A stretch of DNA of 64,000 nt. Origin: Camelus ferus (lineage: Eukaryota). The notes under the pieces were generated by a model that ran no database searches, was not told the DNA's origin, and saw nothing but the letters and a program-made list of their open reading frames with translations. Location: positions 85,810,001 to 85,874,000 of the forward strand of contig NC_045697.1 in the NCBI RefSeq assembly GCF_009834535.1, given 5' to 3'. The translations under genes and the position numbers were made by a program. Position 1 is the stretch's first letter. The number at the start of each line of letters is the position of its first letter. Below, piece by piece: positions 40,610 to 53,875 of the stretch.

Positions 40610-41772
40610 TTCTTAAATTTTGACCCCTTCACCCATTTCTCCCACCTTCCAACCTATACCTCTGTCAACCACCAATCTGTTTTCTGTATCTATGACCTTC
40701 TTTGGGTTTTGTTTTGTTTTGTTTTTTAAGAATCAGAAATCATTCATTCAGTATTTGTCTTTCTGTATCTGACTTATTTCACTAAGTATAATGCCCTCAA
40801 GGTCCATTGATGTTGTCCCAAATGGCAAGATTTCATTCTTGTTTGTGGATAAATAATATTCCATCATATACATATAATATATATATCCCCCAATCTTCTT
40901 TGTCCATTCATCCATCGATATGCACTTACATTGTTTTCATATCTTGACTACTGTAAATAATGTTGCAATGACCATGGGAGTGAATATATCTTTCTGAGTT
41001 AGTGTTTTTGTTTTCTTTGGATAAATATCCAGAAGTGAAATTGCTCAATTATATGGTAGTTCTATTTTTTAATTTTTTGCAGAAACCCCATACTGTTTTT
41101 CATAGTGGCTGTACCAGTTTAAAACCCCATCAACAGTGCACAAAGAAGAAGTCCCTTTTTTCCACATCCTTGCCAAAATTGTTTATTTCTAGGCTTTTTG
41201 ATAATAGCCATTCTAACAAGTGAGAGATGGTATCTCACTGTGGTTTTGATTTGCATTTCCCTGATAATTAATAATGTTGAATGTCTTTTTATATACTTGT
41301 CTTCTTTGGGAAAAAAATGTCTAGTTAGATCTTCTACCCATTTTTAATTTGGATTGTTGGAGGAGCTTTATGTTTGTTTTTGTTTTGCTATAAATGGTGT
41401 TGGAAAAACTAGACAGCCACATTCAAAAGAAAGAAAATAGACCACTATATTACACAAAAAATTAACTTAAAATGAATTGAAGACTTGAATGTAAGACCTG
41501 AAACCTAAAAACTCCTAGAACATAGGTGGTAACACCATTTGTTTGCTGTTGAGTTGTATAAGTTCTTTAGACATTTTGAATAATAGCGCCATATCAGATA
41601 AATGATTTGCAAATATTTTCTCCCATTCAGTAGGTTGTCTTCTCATTTTGTTGATGGTTCCCTTTTTTTGTGCCAAACCTTGCTATAATAATGTGGTCCT
41701 ACTTATTTACTTTTGTTTTTGTTGCTTTTGCTTTTGGTGTCAGTTCAAAAACTCATCTCCAAGACCTATGTC
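40610..41772 (-). mobile_element. L1MA-like antisense fragment with an internal inverted segment
   Basis: Antisense L1 3' UTR and ORF2 end; 41390-41532 is sense-strand L1 ORF2. Confidence 0.88.
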
Positions 41773-42234
41773 TGAGGGTCTGAATTCCAAATGCCCTGAA
41801 TCTAGGTGCTGAGATACTACCCCCAAGGGACACTGACAGGTCTTGGCATATCCTCTATTGGCTACTAAGTGTAACAGGCTTCTTGGACAAGCACAAAGAT
41901 TTGACAGACAACAAAATAGGACAGGGTTGAGTGATATGGTTCACCTCCTGTATGAGGCTTTCACTACTGTATGCCATGGATGTGAATAAGTGTTTGTACA
42001 TGCATAAAATCTTTTGATATGTAATCTTATGAGTTGTTAATATTATCATTCCTTCTTAATAAGTGACAAAACTGAAGATCGGAGAGCTAAGGTAATTTGC
42101 TCACAGTCACACAGCCAGTTAACAATAGAACTAGAACCTGGATCTGTCCCTAGAACTCTTAATCACTCCCCCATTCTGCGTTAGTGTAAGAACTTGCAGG
42201 TATAATACAAGTTTACTTTAAAACAGTACTTTAA

Positions 42235-44226
42235 AACTACTAGAGCTGATAAAGGAATTCAGCAAGGTAGCAGGCTACAAGATTAACATACAGAAATCAG
42301 TGGCATTTCTTTACACTAACAATGAAATATCAGAAAAGGAAAAGCAAAGAAACAATCTCTTTTAAAATTGCATCCAAAAACATAAAATACTTAGGAATAA
42401 ATCCAACCAAGGAAGTGAAAGACATATGTGGAGAACTACAAAACACTGCCTAAGGAAATTAAAGATGACTTAAAGAAATGGAAAGATATCCCATGTTCTT
42501 GGACTGTAAGAATTAATATAATTAAAATGGCCATTCTACCCAAAGCAATCTACAGATTTAATGTGATCCCTATCAAATTACCCAGGACATTTTTCACAGA
42601 ATTGGGACAAATAATCCTAAAATTTATATGGAATCACAAAAGACCCAGAATTGCTAGAGCAATACTGAAGAAAAAGAACAAAGCTGGATAAATAACCCTC
42701 CCAGACTTCAGACAATACGATGGAACTACAGTAATCAAAACAGCATAGTATTGGCACAAAAACAGACATATGGATCAATAGAACAGAATAGAGAGCCCAG
42801 AAATAGACCCACAGACTTTTGGTCAATTAATCTTTGACAAAGGAGGCAAGAACATACAATGGAGTAAAGACCATCTCTTCAGCAAATGGGTGTGGGAAAA
42901 CTGGACAGCTGCATGTAAATCAGTGAAGTTAGAATACTCCCTCACACCATACACAAAAATAAACTCAAAATGACTTAAGGACTTAAACATAAGACAAAAT
43001 ACTATAAACCTCTTAGAAGAAAACAGGCAAAACATTATCTGACATAAATCTCAGCAATGTTCTCCTAGGGCAGCCTACCACAGGCAATAGAAATAAAAGC
43101 AAAAATAAACAAATGGGACCTAATTAAACTTACCAGCTTTTGCACAGCACAGGAAACCATGAGCAAAACAAAGAGGTAACCTATGGAATGGGGGAAAATA
43201 TTTGCAAAAGATGAGACTGACAAGGGCTTAACTTCCAGAATATATAAACAGCACATAAGACTTAATAAGAAAAAACCAAACAACTCAATCAAAAAATGGG
43301 CAGAAGACCTAAATAAGCAATTCTCCAAAGACATACAAATGACAAATAGGCACATGAAAAAATGCTCAATATCACTAATTATCAGAGAAATGCAAATCAA
43401 AACTACAATGAGGTATCACCTCACACCAGTCAGAATGGCCATCATTCAAAAGTCCACAAACCATTAATGCTGGAGAGGGTGTGGAGAAAAGAGAGCCCTC
43501 CTACACTGCTGGCAGGAATGCAGTCTGGTGCAGCCACTGTGGAAAACAGTATGGAGATTCCTCAAAAGACTAAAAACAGACTTACCATATGATCCAGCAA
43601 TCCCACTCCTGGGCATATCTCCAGAGGGACCCTTAATTCAAAAAGATTACATTTACCTCAATGTTCATAGCAGCGCTGTTTACAATAGCCAAGACATTAA
43701 AACAACCTAAATGTCCATCGACAGATGACTGGATATAGAAGACATGGTATATATTTATACAATGGAATACTACTCAGCCATAAAGAATAATAAAATAATG
43801 CCATTTGCAGCAATATGAATGGGCCTACAGAATGTCATTCTAAGTGAAGTAAGCCAGAAAGAGAAGGAAAAATACCATATGATATCACATATATGTGGAA
43901 TCTAAAAATATATATAAATGAACATATTTACAAAACAGAAACACACTCAGACATAGAAAACAATCTTATGGTTGAAGGAGGAGGGAAGGAGGTGGGAAGA
44001 GATAAATTGGTAGTTTGAGATTTGCAGATACTAGCTACTATATATAAAATAAACAAGTTTATACTGCATAGCACAGGGAACTATATTCATTATCTTATAG
44101 TAACTTATGGTGAAAAAGAATATGATAACAAATATATGTATGTTCATGTATGACTGAAGCAATGTGCTGTACACCAGAAACTGACAAAACATTGTAAACT
44201 GACTATACAATAAAAAATATACACAA
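42235..44226 (+). mobile_element. Lineage-specific 5'-truncated L1 (about 2 kb) with 15-bp TSD
   Basis: ORFs 42428-42691 ([27 protein letters not shown]) and 43183-43467; TSD aaaacagtactttaa at 42220-42234 and 44227-44241. Confidence 0.95.
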
Positions 44227-46389
44227 AAAACAGTACTTTAATAGAACATCATAAACCTTTTAAAAACAGATATAAAATGGCTTCTCCATGAATCTTGCTA
44301 ATTTTTTTAAATACAGAAGAGATTGTATTATAAGATAGAGTAGAAAAGAATATATGATATGATGTATTTAATTAATAAAAATCAGTTCACATTTCTTAAA
44401 CTGATTTGTCTGCCACTACAAGGAGTTTGATAAATAGTAATTAACTTTGCAAAGTTACAAAAGTCCCCTCTTCAACCGTTCTTATTGAGAGCACTCTTGT
44501 TTCCTGGGTCCCTTCCCTTTATTCACTTATTACCATGGCACCTTGCCTGGAGGCTGCACTTACTACTCTTAATGTGCCCATTTCTCCTGTTCTGTACAAA
44601 AGGAAAAAATATTTCCAAAGAAAAAAGAAAGGAGACATTTTTCATTCCTCATTCCAAATTCTGAAGCCAATAGGAATGGAGTGTGGTGTCCCAAATCAAG
44701 CTCTCCTCAGGGAAAAGAAATACTAAACACAAGCTATCTCTGAGACTCAGCTTGGGCAAAGCTACCAAGGGCTATGGTACATTCAAGTACCTTTTGGGGG
44801 GCTGCTCATCCTGAACACTGTGCTAGAGGCCAGGGAGGCAGAAATGAGTAAACGTGGCCCTGCTCATGAGAAAATCTCCTCTGCTGAGTAATCTGTGACC
44901 TACAGGCCAGAGAAGAGGATGAAACATGTTTAAAATTTCCTTTTCAGGCTTTATGTTTTATACTGTATTGTGTTTTTATGTGTTTTGCACATTGTAAGGT
45001 TAAATCTTGAAAATAAAGGTGCTCTGTAATAGTCACACAGAAGCTGAATGCAGAAAGTAAATGACTATTTTTAAAGTTGGTGATGAGTTCCAGCTTAAAA
45101 ATGCATATAAACACATACATATATATATTACATAGACAAAGTGCAGTTTTTATTTTAAATTGAAGAAATAAAGAATAAAGCAAATAGGGAGTCCTGGAAA
45201 ATATACTGACAACATGTGGAAAAATCCCAGATATACAAATATAAAGTACATCTAAATCATTTTCTATCTCCTCTAACCTGTGTTATCTTCTCTCCCACAC
45301 TCCAAATTTTCTTTTCTATTTATTTTTTGAAATTGAAAAATCTTCAAACTAAAAGCTTGCAGTTAATTCACTTACATTTAAGTCATCAAAATATGTTTCA
45401 TGAAAACTTTTTGATACCTAGAACTTTTTTAATCATAAATGTTTTAAGAACTTCCTCACCTCATTTCCTTTCCCTAGAGAAAGAATGACAAACTTCAAAA
45501 GGTTTAGACTTCATTTGAAGTAAAAAAAAAATCAAGGTTCAGAAGTTGCCTCACTTTGGGGAAAGGTTATTCTTCATTCCTCAGTGGAATGGCCAGAATG
45601 TTTGAACATGCACCTGTGGAGAGTTTTTTAAGACTTATCACACAGGGAAGGACACCTTTTCTGTCTTGAAAGGTGGTCTGTGATCTCCTGAAGGGGCTCA
45701 GACTTACTGTCTCTGCTTTGCACTGGTGGTCTGTGGCTCTCTCCACTATGTCAGCCCTGGTGACTCCAACGAGGAGCAGGGAGGGAGGGAGGCTGCATCC
45801 TATGGAGTCCCTGCAAGATTGCCAGAGAAGCCCCTGCAGACCGCCTGCTTTTAGTCTCCGCCAGAGCAGGACACATGGGACTATGCGGGAGGCACACAAG
45901 ATACTTTACCAGAGGACCCTGCCCCTCAGAGAAGCAAAATCACACAGGGCTAGGGTGAAAGGAGGGTTACAGTTTTACCTAACTTAGTATTTCCTTTACA
46001 GCAGGCAAAGACTCAGAGAGGGGATCCCAGGTGGCTGTTCTCTCCTTTTCCAACCCCCGTCTCTTCCCCTCCTCCCTTTAATTTCCTTTCCCTTCCACAC
46101 AGCCCATTTTTTCAAGTCCTTTGGCCAATCCTCTATCTGGGGAGACCCTCACTCAACTCACCAGAGAAAGAAGTTCTGCTCTCATCCTTTACCTCAGACC
46201 CTCCCTGAACCTTGAAAACATTATCCTGTTAGGCGTTTAGATGCCATGCAGTTTCTCCTTTTTTTCACTGATGACCTGTTTCCTTAGCTGAAAGTGAAAT
46301 GGTTTTTCAACCGCAAAGAGAACTTCAGTTGGTTTCCTCACTAGCAAGTTCATCTACAGTCATGAGGAGAATAATTTGAAGAATCATTT

Positions 46390-47525
46390 GGACTATGTTT
46401 GGAGACGAGGTCTTCACAGAAGTAATCAAGTTAGCATGAGGTCATAAAAGTGCCCCTAATCCAATTTGACCAGTGTCTTTATATTTTTTTATATATTTTT
46501 TTTAAATTGAAGTATAGTCGATTTACAAAGTTATGTTTCTGGTGTATATCATAATGATTCAGCTTATATGTGTGTGTGTGTGTGTGTATATATATATACA
46601 CACACACACATATATACACATATATGTACATAATACAGTTCTCTGTGCTATACAATAGAACCTTGTTGGTTATCTATTTTATATATATAGTAGTTGGTAT
46701 CTGCAAATCTCTAACTTCCAATTTATCCCATCCTACCTCCTTCCCTCCCCTTCCAACCATAAGTTTGTTTTCTACATCTGTAAGTCTGTTTCTGTTTTAT
46801 AAATAAGTTAATTTGTCTTTTTTTAGATTCCACATATAAGTGGTATTATGTGGTATTTTTCTTTCTCCTTCTGGCTTACTTCACTTAGAATGATGATCTA
46901 CAGGTCCATCCATGTTGCTGCAAATGGCATTATTTTATCATTTTTATGGCTGAATAGTATTCCATTCTATAAATATACCATTTCTTTATCCAGTCATCTG
47001 TCGATGGACATTTAGGTTGTTTCCATGTCTTGGCTATTGTAAACAGTGCTTCTATGAACATTGGGGTGCTTGTGTCTTTTCGAATTAGAGTTCCCTCCAG
47101 ATAAGATGCCCAGGAGGGGATTGCTGTATCATATGGTAAGCCTATTTTTAGTTTTTTAAGGAATTTTCAAACTGTTTTCCATAATGGCTGCACCAAACTA
47201 CATTCCCACCAGCAGTGTAGGAGGGTTCCCTTTTCTCCACACCCTGGTGTCTTATGGAACATTTAGACACAGAGACATGTGCACAGGGAGAATGTCATGT
47301 GAAGATACCTGGGAGATATATCTACAAGACAAGGAGTAACAAAGATTGTCAACAAACCACCAGAAGGTGAGAGAGAGGCACAGAACAGGGTTCCTCACCA
47401 CCCTCAGAAGGAACCAACCTTGGCAATACCTTGATTTCAGACCTTTAGCCTCAGAACCGTGAGACAATAAGGTTCTGTTGCTTAAGCCACCCAGCTTGTG
47501 GTTCTCTGTTACAGTAGCCCTCGCA
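46390..47525 (+). mobile_element. MaLR LTR (MLT1B/C-like) split by an L1
   Basis: catgaggtcata...ccctaatccaatttgaccagtgtctt, then L1, then ggacatttagacac-like continuation to ttgatttcagacctttagcctcagaacc...gtagccctcgca. Confidence 0.8.
46483..47245 (-). mobile_element. Lineage-specific 5'-truncated L1
   Basis: Poly-T then antisense 3' UTR homologous to 8340-8943; gtgtctt(t)at duplicated at both ends. Confidence 0.9.
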
Positions 47526-50500
47526 CAGCACTCCAGCCAAGGAGAGTGGTCATTCTTTCCCAGAGGCAGCACAGTTGACCTCAGTCTGACCTATTAGTTA
47601 GCCTGTTCCTGCCCGTGAGCCTTTAAAGCCTCCATGGGCCTGGCTGAAGAGAGAGGAGCCTGCACACCACCTGCAAAGAGTTGCTCTGCTGTCTGAGAAG
47701 GGTGGGGCCAGCTCTGAGTTTTCCCTCCAAGCTCCTTTCATACCATCAGCACCTGGACTCAGTGTGCCAACCCTCTCAGGTCCCCCACCCCCGGCTCTGC
47801 CGGGGAGCAGGGCACACGGTCTCCCCACTCCAGACCCACTCTTGCCCTTGTCTTCCACCTCCCAGCAAGGAGTATTCTCTAAACTCGGGCAAAGTCTTCC
47901 TTTTGGGTTCTTGGCCAGGAGATTGTGTCTGCGTCTGAGATTCCTCTCCCACAGTGGGGTTTAGGCTTCGGGGAAGAGCAGTTGTGGAAGATTATGTTTG
48001 ACTCCAGCTTTCTTCCCTGGCATAGCCCTCCTCCAACTCTGAACACAGAGCCAGCTAGCACTGAACATAGAAAATCAAAAGAGTAATGGAGAAAATGGGT
48101 TAAACCTTAAAATAAGACCTCACCATTCAAAAAACATTACAGTAAGCTGTGATGAACCCTGCGATTAGAAATACAGCCACGGGAGGGTAAAATGGGGACA
48201 TAACACATGCCAGGCTAGGGGTCAGAAGCCCCCCAAAGGACCACCTTCAGCCAAGATGACTGGCCCTGTTATACACGAGCCACAGAGGCAGTAAGTAAGA
48301 AATGGCATCTTGTGAGGATTGCCAGAGACTGATCGCACGGCAGCCACCACTGCCATTTCGATAACTTTTCCATTAGATTCCCACCAGGACACAAAAATGT
48401 TCCCTCTAGCCCCTGGAGCATGACATTCAGTTTGTGTGCTCACAAGTTTCCTTATGGTAGCTGTGTTGATGAGTAGTGGATATTGTGTGGTAACAACAGT
48501 GGAGAGAGAAAACCTACTTTTTTCCTGTCTGTCCTCCTCTCCCTTCCAAATCATATCCATTTATTTGCTCTTCCTCCACCTGCCCTCCCAGCCTGCCTTC
48601 TTTAACTTCTCTCCCCAGTCTCTCACCATTCATTTATCTTGCCTGGATCTCAGCTGTACACTTTAGTCTTTTTTATCCCCTCAGCCATCTCCCACCCAGC
48701 TTGGTGATGAAACAATCTCAGGAGGAAAAGAGATTTGCCTCCCACACACAATGTTCCAAAGAATTGTAGGTCCTAAAGGGAAATTTGAAGTGTTGGAGCC
48801 ATCTGGAACTGTCAAAGATACATAAAATTAGCTACAAAAACTGTGAAACATAAGGAGGGTTCTGTCTGCTCTAGGATTGTGTAAACATCTCAGTATTTTT
48901 TAAAATGCATAATGAAACAAAGACTGTGTATGCTGTCTCTGGGAGAGACCTACCGTTGCCATGTCCAAAAACCCGCTCCTTCTTCCCCGAGTCTTTTTAT
49001 TTACACTAGACTGTGTCCATCCTCATAAAACAGTGGTTCCCCAAGTGGGTTGCTCAAGGATTCCCAGTCTCCAGCCAAGAAGCACTGAACCTAAATTTTT
49101 GTATTTAAGCATCTCATAATTTTGAGTATTGTTCAGGTTAGAGAACCACTGCTAAAAAGCCATTCTGGAAAACACCAATTCATCACACTATTTTTTCTGT
49201 CATGAACAAATCCATAATTTCTAGCACTTTTTTAGTCACTCTACACCCATGACCATCATTCAAGTTACAGATGGGCATCCCAAGAGTCAAACAGGCAGTG
49301 AGTGCTCTAATTTCTCCAGTGCTCTCTCTGACCAGCTGCTGATATTCTTCTGTGGACATGGGCCAGTGCAGGCCTGCCACACGGCTTAGTTTCCCCAGAG
49401 CTGCTGCTATGACTTTTGCCCTGGGCCACCTTTCAGGATCAAAGGACACACACCTTCTTCACTCCAGTCTTAAGTCAGATTCATAGGGTGGCCCAGGGCG
49501 AAATGTAGCAGCAGTCATCTGTCCTGTGAGGGGGCAATCATCCTGTACCCAACATCAATGTAGATGACTTACCAGTAGCTGAACCGTAAGGATATCCAGA
49601 GGCCAGTTTATGGCTTAATAAGCTATTAACAAACAGACATCCCACTGATATTTAGAGCAATTAAAGCAAGTGTACTCATGGCTTCAGAGTATTGAGAGCA
49701 ACCTCCATACTGCATATGGCCTTGACCTGGAAACTAAGATACACACTGAAACACTGCAGTGGGGACAGAATGTTCTTGATTGTTCTAACCAACCGGTTGA
49801 AGTGCTGTTGCATTAATCCAAAGAGTCTTGGATTCTTTTACTAGCTTTGCCAGGGAAGCAAAATCACCTCCTGCGGCAAGGCGTTACTTCAGTGAGGGAG
49901 GTGAAGTGATCACAGAAGCATTTTAGTCTGAGTGTTCTGTTTTTACCAAAATAACCAGATTTCCCCTCATAGACCACTTTACAAAGTTACATGCAAAAGA
50001 CTGAAGACAAAGCACGCTATATTTACTTATAGCTGAAATCTCTTTCTTTACCTCTAAAATCAACACTGACATTTTCACCACTTCAAAGAATATGGTGAAT
50101 GAAAGCTTTTAATAATTTCAGTTCTGTGGCAATAAAAGAAATTTCTTTTCAGAAATCATAGACTGAATGCTCATAAATCTTTTATGCTTAAAATTAGCAA
50201 AAGTCACCCTGTAATAGAAAGGTCTCTTCAATGCCCTGATAGAAAATTACAGCTCTCAACACACCAATATTTCTCATTTCCTTCCGATCTGTGCATAGCT
50301 GACAAAACTAAGTTTTACTAATACCAACATTCCCAAGAAGAAGCCATTTATCAGTGCAGCATTCAAAATCATGATAGTGTTTAGCCATTCCCTTCCTGTC
50401 CACCTTACCCTTTGCCCCTAGGGATCTGGCTACCTTCTCTGGCTTGAGAGTCCCTTTGACATGAAAATGGTGACGATGGTAAAAGTAAGTCTTCTCAGAC

Positions 50501-51889
50501 TAATCTTAAATCCCTGGCCTGTTGCTGGAACTTCCTAGTTATTTTTCTAGGGAAGGCACCTATGGGCAGGCAGGGACATCTGGGGTGATCGTAGAACTCC
50601 CATCCCCACCCCTAATTCCTGGCCAGGCTGGTGTCTCACAGTATTCTTGACAACAGGGATGAGAGGGGACATACGCAGAAATTGAGGATGCTCCCTCTGA
50701 CTGTGGAACCTCTTAGTTCCTCTAATTTTTACAGGGATCTATGGATTGAGTTTTTAACCCATCTCACATACCTTTACTTGTCTGAGACTCCTTTTAAAGA
50801 ACTTCCAAATGTCTCACACCAAGCCAGCCTGGTTCTCTGCCACCCCCCCACTCCTCTCACCTCACTTACCTTCTCCGCTCTCTTCTCTCCTCCCCTGTCT
50901 TCCTCAGTATGAAAGCAAATTCCTCTCCTTGCTTCAGGCAGAGCAGTTATCCATCTTCTTTTCTTTCCTTGGCACACACATCTGTGCTTTTAGGTCTCAC
51001 TTCTATCTACAAGCAGCTTATCAAGATATTTTCCCAAATACAGTTTCTTCTCTAAAATTAACTGCTACTAAGGTGACAAAATGTTAATCTCCATTTATAA
51101 TTGGGTCAGATTCTTGAACATAGAATGTTCATGGCACACTGCAGGGTGGGGTGGAGAGAGGCATTCCCTTCCAGTTACCAGTGATTGAACTGTCTTGCCC
51201 TGGCAGAGATACTGTCACTCTACAAATAAGGAAGCAGGGGAGGGGAGGGAGCATCAGGTAGGTATGTATTTGCCCACAAATTTGCAGCTTTAAGAAACAG
51301 AGTAGCGCTGCAAGCACCAGTACCAAACCAGGGAACCTTTGGTGGCTTGAGCCAGGAGGGTGACAGTATCACGGAAAAGAATAGATTGATTTAAGAATAA
51401 TTTGGGGATCCAATTGATAGAATTTTGGATTGGATTAAATGTGAGAAATGAAAAAGGGAGACTCAAATGAGATGGAGACTTTAAAATGTCCAAATGAATT
51501 TTCATAATGAGGTGGTTGATGACCCTATATGAGTTTCCTAACTTCCTAATGAAATTAATCTTATTTTCTTGTACCTTATTTGATCATCTATCATAATGCA
51601 ATCCAAATATCTTTAGATATCTATCTCTCTCCTACTAAACCAGAAGTTATCTGTGAGTAGGGAATAAGTCATCTTAATATTATTCATATTTTTATTTTAG
51701 GACTTAACAGAGTGCCTGACACTAGTAGAGGCTCAAGAGATATTAAATGATGACTCTGAACCTCTCTTGTTTTCTTATGTGTCTCTCAATCCCTTATTTC
51801 CAACTATTTATATGACAACTCTAGCAGGCCTTCCAGGCATCTTCTCAAATTCAAACTAGGGCTCATATTATTCATCCCATGATAAGTTG

Positions 51890-52340
51890 GTTAATATTAT
51901 GCTTGTCTGCACACAGCAGGGAAAAAGCCCAAAACATTTTTTAAATGTTAATTCTCTATCATATAAAAGAAGCCCAGAGCTGGCATAGTGATTTTACAGT
52001 GACATCAGGAAACCAGGCTCCTATTTTTCTGTTCTGCCATCCTTAGCATTTAACTTCCACTCTTAAAGTCATTATGGCCCAAGATAGCTGAGTACCTTCC
52101 AGATTAGCAACAGGAGGAGAAAGGAGAGAACAAAAGAAATACTTCTCAGCTGAGTCAACTTGCTTTAAAGTGGCCTTTCCTGAAGTACTATAGGATTTTT
52201 TCCATTTACAACTTTTTGGCCTAAACTTAATCAGTGATCCACTCCAAACTACAAAGGAGGATAAGATATATCTTAATTCTGACAAAAAGTGCCCAGCTAA
52301 AACTTGGAGTTGTGTTATTAGAGACAAAGGATACAATGGA
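51890..52340 (-). mobile_element. Old MaLR LTR (MLT1I/J/K-like)
   Basis: catcaggaaaccaggctcct...tctgccatccttagc...caagatagctg...cccagctaaaacttggag. Confidence 0.55.
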
Positions 52341-53519
52341 CATTCTTGTGTTTCTGGATTTCTTATCTAGCATTTCTATTTTGTTTGTGCCACCTACTTT
52401 TTAATTCTTGGACTCCATTTGACCTTTATTTGCACTTTAGAAAAATAACTCTAATAGCTGGATGGAAAATGAATTGGAAATGGAGCAGACTGTAGGCATG
52501 GAGACCAATAAGTTATACAAGGCTATTGCAGAAATGCAGGAGATAGAAAATAAAGCCCTAAACCAAGGCAGTGACAGCAGGTCTAAAGAGGAGAGGATGT
52601 GGAAGAACATAAAAAGAACAAAGATTTACCGGACTGCTGAGAACCTAAATTTTTAAATCAAATGGAAGAAGGAATATATAATGCCCAATAGGAATAGCCC
52701 TACCAGCATAAAACACCATGGCACTGGCAGAAAGCCAATTACTTAAATGGATTATTCAGGAATAAGTAAGCAGAGAAACTTGTGAAAACATCTTGGAATT
52801 TATTAAGGAGCTTTGAAAAATACTTGGGAGTAGTCTGTTTACTTGCACCAAATTTGCACTATTAACAGAGCTAATCATTCTGAATGGTTTGTTAGATCTG
52901 AATTCAGTATGTATGAGATGGTATGTGCATATTAGTATATCATAATATATGTGAGTAAAACATTGTGATTCATAAATATGTATCCAATGATGCTTTTTAC
53001 CACACCTCCCTCTAAAGGTTCTGCATGAATAAAACATTTATTTTTGGTTTTTTAATCTGATGCAAACAAATATAAAAAGAGGTAGGATAGGTAGAAAGTC
53101 TGGGTGGAGAAGAAATACAAGATCCTCTGCCTTTCTTCATAGTCAACTTCTCAGCTATAGAGTTGGTCCACTTGCTGTAGAGATGTAGGAGAGTAAAGAA
53201 TGCTTTGTAATGTGAAATTTTTATTCTGTGAAAACAGAAGGTCCTTTAAATTAAGAATATCAATCTCATCTATAATCTCATATAAAGAGGGGAAATATCC
53301 TCTTATTTAAACATATTAAGGTAGAACAGACCTGAAGGCAAGGCAAAATATTCCCAGTACAGGCCTCCAATTTGTTTGACTCCTAGCATCAGAGCCCAGT
53401 CAGTTTCTAACTAAAGGTTCAGCTGTGCCATGGTTCCCAAGTTCACTCATTCATTCACTTACTGGTCCAACAAGTATCCTTTGTAAGTCCTAAGGATATC
53501 ATAGAGATTGAAATAGACA

Positions 53520-53875
53520 TTTCCCCCAACACAAATTTAATGTACATTTCCAGCCTCTCCTTCAGTTAGGTGGGGCCATGAGATCAAGTTCTAACCTATA
53601 GAATGTCCTCCATAACCTCTTTCATAATCTTTCATGCTTTTTTCTTTTTCTGTCCATCAACTAAATAGAGAACACTCTAAGGACCTAGGGTTGGGAGTAT
53701 GAAGAAAGCAACAGGATGGAAGGAGCTGCTGTTGCAAATAACAGTGTGGAACAAAGCCAGTGTTCCCTGCCCTACTCTGTCACCAAACCACATTAGACTA
53801 TGAACTTCAGGAGAAATAAACACTCATTGTGTTTAAATGCCACTGACATTGACATTTTAGAGACGTTTGCTAAGG
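53520..53875 (+). mobile_element. Old ERVL/MaLR LTR fragment
   Basis: acatttccagcctctccttcagttaggtggggccatgagatcaagttctaacc...gagaaataaacactcattgtgtttaa. Confidence 0.55.

Noticed and set aside
45567..49449. Several 60-112 aa ORFs in GC-richer non-repeat DNA
   Set aside because: No recognisable domains, they overlap on both strands, and lengths are compatible with chance.
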